Origin: Chitinophagales bacterium
Lineage (GTDB): Bacteria; Bacteroidota; Bacteroidia; Chitinophagales; LD1
DNA length: 64,000 bases
Reading direction: 5' to 3'
Assembly: GCA_044228435.1 (NCBI GenBank)
Contig: JBGAUW010000006.1
Location: 4,203-68,202, forward strand
Within the stretch, counting starts at the first letter, position 1, and the number at the start of each line of letters is the position of its first letter. The translations under genes and the position numbers were made by a program. The notes under the pieces are model-generated. The model was given only the letters and a program-made list of their open reading frames with translations, was not told the origin of the DNA and searched no databases. Positions 45,545-54,952 of the stretch are shown here, piece by piece.

Positions 45545-45681
45545 TGCGGCGAATATAATTACTTATAGCCCACGGTTTAAACCGTAGCTTGTAACAAATC
45601 CATATATCGCAACCGATTTAACTTTTTAGTCTCTAAATATTATTGTATTTAAAACGTCTTTCCTTTTAATAAGTTTGCGCC

Positions 45682-46926
45682 GTGAATTTGACCGAAAATA
45701 TAAAGCTGGCTATAAGGGCAATACGCAGCAACATGCTGCGCACTATACTTACGCTCTCTATTATCATGTTCGGTATTACTGCCCTTATAGGAATATTAAC
45801 CGCTACCGAGGGTATTAAAACCAAAATGCTATCCAGCTTTAGCGAAATGGGTAGCAATACCTTTTCAATTACCAACGAGGGAACCGTAAAAGCCCGCGGC
45901 GGCGGTGGTGGACGTGGCAGAAAACATAAATCAGAAAACCCGCCGCTTACCATACAGCAGGCAAACAGTTTTAAAAAGAATTTTCATTACCCGGCTACCG
46001 TTTCGGTAAGTACTATGGCTACGGGTATAGCTATTATTAAGTACGAGTCAAAAAAAACCAACCCCAATGTAAAGGTGGTGGGTATTGATGAAAACTACCT
46101 GAAGGTTAGCGGACAAAATATTGGTGAGGGCCGCAATTTTTCTAAAACCGAAATTGAAAGTGGCAGCGATGTAATACTGGTAGGTAAAGATGTGGTAGCC
46201 AAAATTTTTGAACCTTACGATACCGTAGTAGGCAAACTGATAAGCATTGGCAGCAAAAAATTTAAAGTGGCTGGCATACTGGCAAGCAAAGGCGCCAGCC
46301 AAATTGCTACCGATAACCAGGTAATGATACCGGTGCAAAATGCACGGTGGAGTTTTCCGGATAACAATACCTCGTACCTGCTGAACGTAATGGTAAGCAA
46401 TGCCGGCGAGTTAGATATGGCCATTGACGAAGCTACCGGTGTGTTGCGTGCGGTGCGTAATCTTAGGGTAGGCGATGGTAACGACTTTGATATAGGCAAA
46501 AGCGAGCGCCTGGCCGACCAGATTTTAGACCAGATGCAATACATAAAAATTGCCACTATAGTAATTGGCATTTTAACCTTAATAGGCGCAGGCATTGGGT
46601 TAATGAACATTATGCTGGTAAGCGTAAACGAACGCACCCGTGAAATTGGAATAAGCAAAGCGCTTGGTGCTAACAAGCAGACTATACGCGTTCAGTTTTT
46701 AACCGAGGCTATTGTTATTTGCCAGATAGGCGGCATACTGGGTATTATATTGGGTATAGGCATGGGCAACCTGGTGGGCCTGTTTTTACAATCGGGTTTT
46801 ATATTCCCTTATTTTTGGGTAATAGGTGGATGGGTATTTACGTTTATAGTGGGCCTTGCTGCCGGCATATACCCCGCTATTAAAGCCGCCGACCTGGACC
46901 CTGTAGAAGCGTTGCGCTACGAATAA
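45682..46926 (+). CDS. MacB/FtsX-family ABC transporter permease
   Basis: GTG start. One N-terminal transmembrane helix, a periplasmic domain, then a C-terminal FtsX region with three transmembrane helices (ERTREIGISKALGA). Confidence 0.88.
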   Translation: MNLTENIKLAIRAIRSNMLRTILTLSIIMFGITALIGILTATEGIKTKMLSSFSEMGSNTFSITNEGTVKARGGGGGRGRKHKSENPPLTIQQANSFKKNFHYPATVSVSTMATGIAIIKYESKKTNPNVKVVGIDENYLKVSGQNIGEGRNFSKTEIESGSDVILVGKDVVAKIFEPYDTVVGKLISIGSKKFKVAGILASKGASQIATDNQVMIPVQNARWSFPDNNTSYLLNVMVSNAGELDMAIDEATGVLRAVRNLRVGDGNDFDIGKSERLADQILDQMQYIKIATIVIGILTLIGAGIGLMNIMLVSVNERTREIGISKALGANKQTIRVQFLTEAIVICQIGGILGIILGIGMGNLVGLFLQSGFIFPYFWVIGGWVFTFIVGLAAGIYPAIKAADLDPVEALRYE

Positions 46927-46928
46927 GC

Positions 46929-47528
46929 TTATACTGTAAGCAATTTAATGGTTTGCACTATAGCTAAAAAAACAAGCAGGCCACCTATAATTTTACTAAG
47001 CAAATTACGGTTTACATTCAACCGTGCCACTATAGCTTTACCGGCCAGTGCATACATATACAAAACCATTATAGTGCCAATAGTGCACACTACGGTAAAC
47101 AAACCTATCGATGCCCTGGTATTCTGCACCCAACCGTTTTCCATAACATAAGCACCCCATACCAACCAAAACGGAATTTGCAGCGGATTGAAAATGGCAA
47201 CAAAAACACCCCGCTTAATGCTGGAAGAAAACAAGGTTTTTTCACTCTCGGGCTTTTCTTTATGCAGCAGGCTAAACAAACCAAGCGCGAAAAAAATAAC
47301 CACTCCGCTCCAGTTAAGTGCGGCAATCAACTTTGTATCACTGCGCAGCATTTGTATACCCGCCATAGATGCATAACAATAAATAAACTCCATTACGGCG
47401 GCCAGCAAAATAAACGCCTGCCATTGCCGCTTATGATGGTCTACACTTAGCTGCACCACCGTTAAGTTTATATTGCCCGGTGGCAGGTAACCTACAAAGC
47501 CAAGCAAAAAAGCAGTTATAAATAGCAT
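46929..47528 (-). CDS. LysE/RhtB-family amino-acid exporter
   Basis: 199 aa, six transmembrane helices, N-terminal FLLGFVGYLPPGNIN motif. It is divergent from the arginine operon. Confidence 0.82.
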   Translation of the reverse strand: MLFITAFLLGFVGYLPPGNINLTVVQLSVDHHKRQWQAFILLAAVMEFIYCYASMAGIQMLRSDTKLIAALNWSGVVIFFALGLFSLLHKEKPESEKTLFSSSIKRGVFVAIFNPLQIPFWLVWGAYVMENGWVQNTRASIGLFTVVCTIGTIMVLYMYALAGKAIVARLNVNRNLLSKIIGGLLVFLAIVQTIKLLTV

Positions 47529-47730
47529 CGGGGTGTTTTGGTGCAGAAGCTAAAATAGCAAAGTATGTTTCACCGCTGCGCTATATGCGCCTACTGGAAG
47601 TTGTCCTACTAAACACCATTTAGTTTTTTCTCAATTTTTATACAAATAGTTAAAATAATATCAGAATTATATTTCACTTTTGTGCGGTTAATCAAGTAAG
47701 TAAAAACAAGGTTCGGAAAGAAATGAAGAA

Positions 47731-47750
47731 AATATTCAAAAATGAATATT
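47731..47750. promoter_or_regulatory. 20-bp palindrome AATATTCA-AAAA-TGAATATT in the arginine operon upstream region
   Basis: Perfect 8-bp arms separated by 4 nt, located 241 nt upstream of the first arginine operon ATG. Confidence 0.35.
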
Positions 47751-47990
47751 CGGTTACCGAAGTAAAAACGCACAGTGCGTCGAGGGTATTTGCCCTTACC
47801 GGAACCGTTTTTAGTATAGATGCTCATGCTATTCTGCATAGCTTATCTACGCCCTTCTTCCCCAGACGTTGATACCATCCCAACTATAGCCATTCTCCAT
47901 CGTTGATGCGGCATGTGCTGCGAAAGATTTCGCGCGCCTCTTTTAAATTTTTATTGGTCACTTTTTTTGTGCATTAAGCCATTTAAGCTA

Positions 47991-48638
47991 ATGAATCAAT
48001 CATTCGTTATTACCGTTGCTACTTCGCAACACGAAATTTATGCAGAGACTATCTGCCATGAAATTGAAAACTCTGCCAAAGCCCGCGGCACCGGTATAGC
48101 CAAGCGCTCGCCCGAATATATAGGCGAAAAAATGCGCGAGGGAAAAGCGGTGCTGGCCTTCTCGCCCGAAGGGCAATGGGCCGGCTTTTGCTATATCGAA
48201 ACCTGGGGCCACGGTAAGTATGTAGCCAACTCTGGCCTGATAGTAGCGCCCGACTTTAGAAAAAGCGGTCTAGCGCGCGATATTAAAAAGAAGGTATTGG
48301 AACTATCTACTACCCGCTACCCCGATGCCAAGTTATTTGGCTTAACTACGGGTCTGGCGGTAATGAAAATAAATTCTGATTTAGGATACGAACCGGTTAC
48401 CTACTCGGAACTTACCGACGATGAAGAGTTTTGGAAAGGCTGCCAGAGCTGTATAAACTTTGAAATACTGCAAAGCAAAAACCGCAAAAACTGCCTGTGC
48501 ACCGCTATGCTATACGACCCTAAAGAAAAACAAGCTGCCAAAGTAGAAACGCCTGCTGCCGAGGTAGCGAACGACAAGCCAAAGGTATCGCAAAGCCTTA
48601 AGCAATTGTTTACAGCCATTTTTTCACTTAACCTTTAA
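47991..48638 (+). CDS. GNAT-family acyltransferase, first gene of the arginine operon
   Basis: The start was moved to MNQSFVITVA. The GNAT core includes DFRKSGLARDIKKK. Its position matches Bacteroidota arginine clusters. Confidence 0.8.
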   Translation: MNQSFVITVATSQHEIYAETICHEIENSAKARGTGIAKRSPEYIGEKMREGKAVLAFSPEGQWAGFCYIETWGHGKYVANSGLIVAPDFRKSGLARDIKKKVLELSTTRYPDAKLFGLTTGLAVMKINSDLGYEPVTYSELTDDEEFWKGCQSCINFEILQSKNRKNCLCTAMLYDPKEKQAAKVETPAAEVANDKPKVSQSLKQLFTAIFSLNL

Positions 48639-48652
48639 TAGCCACCAACAAC

Positions 48653-49870
48653 ATGAACAATAAAAAAGTAGTGCTTGCTTTTAGCGGCGGATTAGATACC
48701 ACTTACTGCGCACTTTACCTTAAAAACGATTTAGGTTACGAGGTGCATGCTATTACCATTAACACCGGTGGCTTTTCGGAAGAAGAAATAGCACGCATAG
48801 AGGCGCACGCATTTGCGCTGGGTGTAAAATCGTTTAAGTGTGTAGATGCACGAAACGACTATTACAACGATGTAATTAAATACCTGGTGTTTGGCAACGT
48901 TTTAAAGAACAACACATACCCCCTATCGGTTAGTGCCGAGCGTATTGTGCAGGCTATTGCTACTGCAAAGTTCGCCAAGCAACTGGGAGCCGAAGCAGTA
49001 GCGCACGGCAGCACCGGTGCCGGTAACGACCAGGTGCGATTTGATATGGTGTTTCACATAATGGCGCCCGAACTACAAATTATTACGCCTATACGCGATT
49101 TAAAGCTTTCGCGCGAGCAGGAAATTGAATACCTGAAGAAGAACAACGTGCAAATGAATTTTGAGAAAGCTGTTTACAGCATCAACAAAGGCATTTGGGG
49201 TACATCGGTTGGGGGACGCGAAACTTTAACCTCGGGCGGTTCGCTACCCGAAACAGCTTACCCTACGCAACTAAGCAATAATGAAAGCAGCGCAGTAACC
49301 CTGCATTTTGAACAGGGCGAATTGAAGGGAGTAAATGATGAGTTGTTTGAAAACCCCGTTGATGCCATACTTAAATTACAGGAATTAGCTTCGCCTTTTG
49401 CCATTGGCCGCGATATACACGTGGGCGATACTATTATAGGCATTAAAGGCCGAGTTGGTTTTGAAGCCGCTGCGCCGCTTATTACCATTAAGGCACATCA
49501 CCTGTTAGAAAAACACACCCTTACCAAATGGCAGTTGTTTATTAAGGACCAAATGGCCACCTGGTATGGCAACTGGCTGCACGAGGGGCAATACTTCGAC
49601 CCTGTAATGCGCGACATTGAAGCCTTCTTTACTTCTACTCAAAAATACGTTACCGGTAAGGTGTTTGTAAAACTACTACCCTACCGTTTCGAGTTAACCG
49701 GCATTGAATCGGCGCACGATTTAATGAGTGCAAAATTTGGCAGCTATGGCGAAATGAACAAAGGCTGGAGCGGCGATGATGTAAAAGGCTTTACAAAAAT
49801 TTTCGGCAATCAAACCGGTATTTACTTCCAGGTAAACCAGCTCAACCAACAGTTCCATGAACAGGATTAA
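48653..49870 (+). CDS. argG: argininosuccinate synthase
   Basis: AFSGGLDT ATP-binding motif, 405 aa. Confidence 0.96.
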   Translation: MNNKKVVLAFSGGLDTTYCALYLKNDLGYEVHAITINTGGFSEEEIARIEAHAFALGVKSFKCVDARNDYYNDVIKYLVFGNVLKNNTYPLSVSAERIVQAIATAKFAKQLGAEAVAHGSTGAGNDQVRFDMVFHIMAPELQIITPIRDLKLSREQEIEYLKKNNVQMNFEKAVYSINKGIWGTSVGGRETLTSGGSLPETAYPTQLSNNESSAVTLHFEQGELKGVNDELFENPVDAILKLQELASPFAIGRDIHVGDTIIGIKGRVGFEAAAPLITIKAHHLLEKHTLTKWQLFIKDQMATWYGNWLHEGQYFDPVMRDIEAFFTSTQKYVTGKVFVKLLPYRFELTGIESAHDLMSAKFGSYGEMNKGWSGDDVKGFTKIFGNQTGIYFQVNQLNQQFHEQD

Positions 49871-50840
49871 AGCGGGTATTATTGGTGGTGCCGGCTACAC
49901 CGGTGGCGAACTGCTAAGGCTTTTATTACTACACCCTTTGGTGGAAGTAGCATTTGTGCAAAGCAATAGCAATGCAGATAAACCAGTGCATACCGTACAT
50001 ACTGATTTATTGGGCGAAACTGATTTGCTTTTTTCACAGACGCATACTAAGGGCATTGATGTGCTATTTTTGTGCGGCGGGCACGATGCTGCCCGAAAAT
50101 TTATGGCAGAAAATCAATTACCTGAAAACGTAGTGGTAATTGACTTAAGCCAGGATTTTAGGCACCACGCCAACAGCAATTTTGCAGGCCGTAGCTTTGT
50201 ATATGGTTTACCCGAGCTAAACCGCGATTTGATTAAAAGCGCAAAAAGCATTGCCAACCCCGGTTGCTTTGCTACCTGTATAGAACTGGCCCTATTGCCT
50301 TTGGCTGCTGCACAACAAATAAACAGCGAAGTGCACATAAACGCCGTAACCGGTAGCACCGGTGCCGGGCAGGCATTAAGCAGCACCACTCACTTTAGTT
50401 GGCGCAACAATAACGCATCTACCTATAAAGTGTTTGAGCACCAGCATTTGTTAGAGATAAACGAAAGCCTAAAAAGCTTACAACCCGGTCTAGATAGCGA
50501 TATGCTGTTTGTGCCTCAGCGCGGCAATTTTACGCGTGGTATTATGGCATCGGTATATCTTAAAACAGATTTAGCCGAAGCAGACTTAAAGGGTATATAT
50601 ACCCAATACTATCAAGCGCACCCTTTTGTAACCGTAAGCAATAGTGAGATTGATTTAAAACAGGTAGTAAACACCAATCGTTGCTTTATACACCTGGAAA
50701 AAAAAGAAGGATACGTACTGCTTACATCCGTAATAGACAACCTGCTAAAAGGAGCATCGGGGCAGGCGGTGCAAAACATGAACTTAATTTTTGGCTTCGA
50801 CGAAAAAGCGGGCCTTCACTTAAAACCAAGTGCATTTTAA
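49857..50840 (+). CDS. argC: N-acyl-gamma-glutamyl-phosphate reductase
   Basis: GGAGYTGGELLRLL and active-site NPGCFAT. It overlaps argG by 14 nt. Confidence 0.95.
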   Translation: MNRIKAGIIGGAGYTGGELLRLLLLHPLVEVAFVQSNSNADKPVHTVHTDLLGETDLLFSQTHTKGIDVLFLCGGHDAARKFMAENQLPENVVVIDLSQDFRHHANSNFAGRSFVYGLPELNRDLIKSAKSIANPGCFATCIELALLPLAAAQQINSEVHINAVTGSTGAGQALSSTTHFSWRNNNASTYKVFEHQHLLEINESLKSLQPGLDSDMLFVPQRGNFTRGIMASVYLKTDLAEADLKGIYTQYYQAHPFVTVSNSEIDLKQVVNTNRCFIHLEKKEGYVLLTSVIDNLLKGASGQAVQNMNLIFGFDEKAGLHLKPSAF

Positions 50841-50841
50841 A

Positions 50842-51981
50842 ATGAATCTGTTTGATGTTTATCCGCTTTTTGATGTAGTGCCCGTAAAGGGTGAGGGATG
50901 TTACTTATACGATGATAAAGGCACGCGCTACATGGATTTGTATGGCGGCCACGCTGTAATTTCTATTGGCCACAGCCATCCGCATTACGTAAAACTGCTA
51001 ACAGAGCAATTGCAGCAATTAGGCTTTTACTCTAACTCAGTAAAAATTCCTGCGCAGCAACAGTTGGCTGATAAACTAGGGGCTCTTTCAAGCTACAACG
51101 ATTACGCCCTCTTTCTTTGTAACAGTGGCGCCGAGGCGAATGAAAATGCGCTTAAGCTGGCTTCGTTTAAAAACGGCCGCAAAAAAATTATTGCCTTCCA
51201 TAAGTCTTTCCACGGCCGCACCTCGCTGGCAGTTGCCGCCACCGATGATAAAAGCCTGAGCGCACAAATTAATGCAAACGAAGAGATTCAATTTCTTCCC
51301 TTTAACGATGAGGCTGCATTAATCGAAGCTTTTGATGATACTGTTTGTGCCGTAATTATAGAAGGTATGCAAGGCGTGGGCGGTGTAAACATTCCTACTT
51401 TAAGCTTTTTGCAATTGCTGCGTACTCTCTGCGATAAGTTTGGCGCTTCACTCATCCTCGATGAAATACAATCGGGCTACGGACGCAGCGGTTACTTTTT
51501 CGCACACCAATACGCAGGCATAAAGGCAGACCTTATTACTGTTGCAAAAGGCATGGGTAACGGCTTTCCGGTAGCCGGTGTATTAATTAGCCCGGCATAC
51601 AAAGCAAAGCATGGCTTGTTGGGCACCACATTTGGGGGTAACTATCTGGCATGCGCCGCATCTATTGCTGTGCTGGACGTAATAAAACAGGAAGACTTAA
51701 TAGCTAATGCCCAAACTACCGGTGCATACTTTATGGAGCAGTTAAAAAGCTTCGAAGCAGTAAGCGAAGTGCGTGGCATGGGCTTAATGATTGGCATCGA
51801 ACTACACGAACCATGTGCCGCTGTACGAAATAGCCTTTTGCACAACCATAAAATTTTCACCGGTTCATCTTCCAATAAAAATACCCTGCGCATACTTCCG
51901 CCACTTACCATAGGCAAGCAAGAGGTGGATATTTTTCTCGAAGCTTTTCATCACTCTTTAAAAGCCCAGCCCGTAGCATGA
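50842..51981 (+). CDS. argD: acetyl/succinyl-ornithine aminotransferase (class III PLP enzyme)
   Basis: LILDEIQSGYGRSG and the lysine context TVAKGMGNGFP. The start is at MNLFDVYP. Confidence 0.93.
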   Translation: MNLFDVYPLFDVVPVKGEGCYLYDDKGTRYMDLYGGHAVISIGHSHPHYVKLLTEQLQQLGFYSNSVKIPAQQQLADKLGALSSYNDYALFLCNSGAEANENALKLASFKNGRKKIIAFHKSFHGRTSLAVAATDDKSLSAQINANEEIQFLPFNDEAALIEAFDDTVCAVIIEGMQGVGGVNIPTLSFLQLLRTLCDKFGASLILDEIQSGYGRSGYFFAHQYAGIKADLITVAKGMGNGFPVAGVLISPAYKAKHGLLGTTFGGNYLACAASIAVLDVIKQEDLIANAQTTGAYFMEQLKSFEAVSEVRGMGLMIGIELHEPCAAVRNSLLHNHKIFTGSSSNKNTLRILPPLTIGKQEVDIFLEAFHHSLKAQPVA

Positions 51982-52925
51982 AACAATTTATTTCGGTAAA
52001 CGATGCCGGCAATTTTGAATCGTTAATAAACGAAGCACTCGAACTAAAGCGCGATGTAAATGCCTTTGCCGATTTAGGAAAACGCAAAACCATTGGTCTG
52101 CTGTTTTTAAACCCAAGTCTGCGAACGCGTATGAGTACGCAGCGGGCTGCTTACAACCTGGGCATGAACGTAATGGTGCTTAACCTGGATAAGGATAGCT
52201 GGCAAATTGAATTTGAAGATGGCGCTGTAATGAACAGCACTAAAGTGGAACATATACGCGAAGCAGCTGGTGTAATTGCCCAATACTGCGATGTGGTAGG
52301 TATTCGGTGCTTTCCGGGCCTTACCGACCGCGATAAAGATTATAACGAAGATGTGCTGAATAGCTTTATGCGCTATTGCAACAAACCGCTTATCAGCCTT
52401 GAATCGGCTACGCGGCATCCGCTACAAAGCTTTGCAGATATGATAACCATTGCCGAAACCAAACAAACCGCTAAACCAAAAGTAGTGCTAACCTGGGCTC
52501 CGCACATTAAAGCGTTGCCGCAGGCCGTACCAAACTCGTTTGCCGAGTGGGCTGTAGCATCGGGAGCCGAAGTTGTAATAGCACAACCACAGGGCTATGA
52601 GTTGGACACCCAATTCAGCCGCGGTGCAACCATTGAATACAACCAGGATAAAGCCCTGCAGGGTGCCGACTATGTGTATGTAAAAAACTGGTCATCGTAT
52701 AATGATTACGGGGCTATGCCACCGGTTAGTGAATCGTGGCTGTTAACTGCCGAAAAAATGAACTTAACCAACAATGCCAAAGTAATGCACTGCCTGCCTG
52801 TTAGGCGCAATGTAGAATTACCCGATGCTATTATAGACGGGCCCAACAGCCTTATACAGCAACAAGCCGGTAACCGGGTAATAGCTGCACAAACAGTTTT
52901 GAAAAAAATATTGCAAACCAAATAA
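51978..52925 (+). CDS. argF: N-acetyl- or N-succinyl-ornithine carbamoyltransferase (argF' type, not a classical OTC)
   Basis: SLRTR carbamoyl-phosphate motif, HPLQSFAD and HCLPVRRN. At 315 aa its sequence tracks the AOTCase/SOTCase subfamily rather than classical OTC. ATGA overlap with argD. Confidence 0.88.
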   Translation: MKQFISVNDAGNFESLINEALELKRDVNAFADLGKRKTIGLLFLNPSLRTRMSTQRAAYNLGMNVMVLNLDKDSWQIEFEDGAVMNSTKVEHIREAAGVIAQYCDVVGIRCFPGLTDRDKDYNEDVLNSFMRYCNKPLISLESATRHPLQSFADMITIAETKQTAKPKVVLTWAPHIKALPQAVPNSFAEWAVASGAEVVIAQPQGYELDTQFSRGATIEYNQDKALQGADYVYVKNWSSYNDYGAMPPVSESWLLTAEKMNLTNNAKVMHCLPVRRNVELPDAIIDGPNSLIQQQAGNRVIAAQTVLKKILQTK

Positions 52926-52930
52926 TAGCC

Positions 52931-53725
52931 ATGCACGCACTACTGGTAGTAAAAATAGGGGGCAACATTATAGATAATGCCGAAGCATTAAACAGCTTTT
53001 TGCAGGATTTTGCTGCGCTGCCGGGTAAAAAAATATTAGTGCACGGTGGTGGCAAGCTGGCTACCGAACTTAGTGGCAAATTAGGCATAGCAACTACTAT
53101 GGTAGCAGGGCGCCGCATAACGGATGAAGCAACCATTAAGGTTGTAACCATGACCTATGCCGGCTGGATTAATAAAAGCATAGTAGGGGCTTTAAATGCC
53201 AAAGGCGCCAATGCTATTGGCCTTACCTGCGCCGATGCCCGAATTTTACAGGCAGTTAAACGCCCGGTTAAAGATGTTGATTACGGTTTGGTAGGCGATA
53301 TTTGTAAAAAGGATGTAAACTGTAAAGTTTTAAAAAACCTTTTAGAGGCGGGTATTACACCGGTAATGGCACCTATTAGTTGCAATGCCGAAGGCCAGTT
53401 ATTAAACATAAATGCCGACACAGTGGCGCGTATACTGGCCGAAGCCCTGAGTGAATTTTACGAGGTTAATCTTATTTATTGCTTTGAAAAGAACGGTCTG
53501 CTTAGCAATGTAAATGATGAACAAAGTATAATTAACGAAATAGACTTAGCCCGGGCTGAAGAATTAAAGCGCACCGGCGTTATAACTGAGGGCATGCTGC
53601 CTAAAATAGATAACGCTTTTGGTGCGATTAGTAATGGAGTTAAAACAGTATTAATAGGGCACGCCTCTCATATTACTCAACTGGCCGAAGGCGAAGCGCG
53701 CACCGGCACAACTATAAGGGCATGA
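52931..53725 (+). CDS. argB: acetylglutamate kinase
   Basis: VVKIGGN...VHGGG amino-acid-kinase motifs. Confidence 0.94.
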   Translation: MHALLVVKIGGNIIDNAEALNSFLQDFAALPGKKILVHGGGKLATELSGKLGIATTMVAGRRITDEATIKVVTMTYAGWINKSIVGALNAKGANAIGLTCADARILQAVKRPVKDVDYGLVGDICKKDVNCKVLKNLLEAGITPVMAPISCNAEGQLLNINADTVARILAEALSEFYEVNLIYCFEKNGLLSNVNDEQSIINEIDLARAEELKRTGVITEGMLPKIDNAFGAISNGVKTVLIGHASHITQLAEGEARTGTTIRA

Positions 53726-54774
53726 CGGAAACAATTGCCCTTTTACAGCGCTTAATAGAAACCCCCTCTTTAAGTAAAGAGGAGGATAAAACTGCCGATA
53801 TACTTTTCAGTTTTTTAGAAGGAAAGAAGTGCATTGCCTTTCGCGAGGGCAATAATGTTTGGGCGCAGAATACATTTTTTGATACGGCGAAACCCACCCT
53901 GCTGTTAAACTCGCATCACGATACGGTAAAGCCCAACTCCGGATATACAAAAGACCCTTTTGCTGCTACAATTGAAGAAGGTAAACTATATGGACTTGGC
54001 AGTAATGATGCAGGGGGACCTTTAGTATCCCTGCTGGCTACCTTTCTGTATTTTAAAGATAAAAGCGATATGCCTTCCAATATCGTTTTTGCCGCTACAG
54101 CCGAAGAAGAAATATCGGGCAAGGGAGGGATTGAAAGCATACTAAACGAATTAGGCAACATAGAACTTGCCATAGTAGGCGAACCTACAAAAATGGAAAT
54201 GGCCATTGCCGAAAGAGGTCTGTTGGTAGTGGATTGTACGGCCAAAGGAAAAGCAGGGCATGCCGCGCGCAATGAGGGCATTAATGCCATCTACGAAGCC
54301 CTGCCCGATATAGAATGGTTCCGCGCCTATAAATTTGAAAAGAGTTCGCAGTGGCTGGGACCGGTTAGTATGAATGTTACGGTGGTAAGCGCCGGAACGG
54401 CGCACAATCAGGTACCGGCCGCATGCAGCTTTGTAGCCGATATACGGTTGAATGAATGTTATACCCATGAACAGGTATTAGCCACTATACGCCAACATGT
54501 AAAAGCCGACGTAAAGGAACGCTCTACGCGTATTAAGCCTTCATTTATTGATACCGAACACCCCATGGTTAAAGCGGCGCAACAATTAAACATTCCGCTG
54601 TATGGTTCGCCCACTACTTCCGATATGGCTCTAATGCCCTGGAAGGCTGTAAAAATTGGCCCCGGCGATTCGGCCCGTTCGCATAGTGCCGATGAGTTTA
54701 TTTATATAGAAGAGATTAAAAATGGTATTGCGCTATACAAGCAGCTTATCGAAACATATTTAGAAGCTGTTTAG
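53722..54774 (+). CDS. argE: M20-family deacylase (acetylornithine deacetylase-like)
   Basis: LNSHHDTV and ATAEEE metal-ligand motifs. ATGA overlap with argB. Confidence 0.88.
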   Translation: MTETIALLQRLIETPSLSKEEDKTADILFSFLEGKKCIAFREGNNVWAQNTFFDTAKPTLLLNSHHDTVKPNSGYTKDPFAATIEEGKLYGLGSNDAGGPLVSLLATFLYFKDKSDMPSNIVFAATAEEEISGKGGIESILNELGNIELAIVGEPTKMEMAIAERGLLVVDCTAKGKAGHAARNEGINAIYEALPDIEWFRAYKFEKSSQWLGPVSMNVTVVSAGTAHNQVPAACSFVADIRLNECYTHEQVLATIRQHVKADVKERSTRIKPSFIDTEHPMVKAAQQLNIPLYGSPTTSDMALMPWKAVKIGPGDSARSHSADEFIYIEEIKNGIALYKQLIETYLEAV

Positions 54775-54952
54775 GATTTATATAGTAAGGTTGTTTATGA
54801 GCTATTTTCGAGCGAACCAAGAAAGGTTTTCGCAGCCATAATGGAATATTTCTGGCAAGAAAATCTGCCGCAGGTGCAGCCGAAAAGAGCCATAAACAAA
54901 TTAGGAGATAAATTCTAGACAGCTTCATAAACAACTAAAAAAAACACGTAGC

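Noticed and set aside
45682-46926. MacB/FtsX permease without an adjacent ATPase gene as a possible orphan system
   Set aside because: Stand-alone FtsX-family permease genes with the ATPase encoded elsewhere are frequent in Bacteroidota, so this is not unusual on its own.
47731-47750. Reading the palindrome as a classical ARG box (ArgR operator)
   Set aside because: The ARG-box consensus is TGAAT-N4-ATTCA. Here the half-sites are in the opposite order (ATTCA-N4-TGAAT), and the flanking TGAAG...ATTCA spacing is 5 nt, not 4. I keep it only as an unassigned palindrome.
47609-47839. 76-aa minus-strand ORF in the arginine operon upstream region
   Set aside because: The translation is low-complexity and Phe/Ile/Asn/Lys-rich, typical of AT-rich non-coding DNA. 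It overlaps the plus-strand small ORF and the palindrome, and I see no supporting signal.
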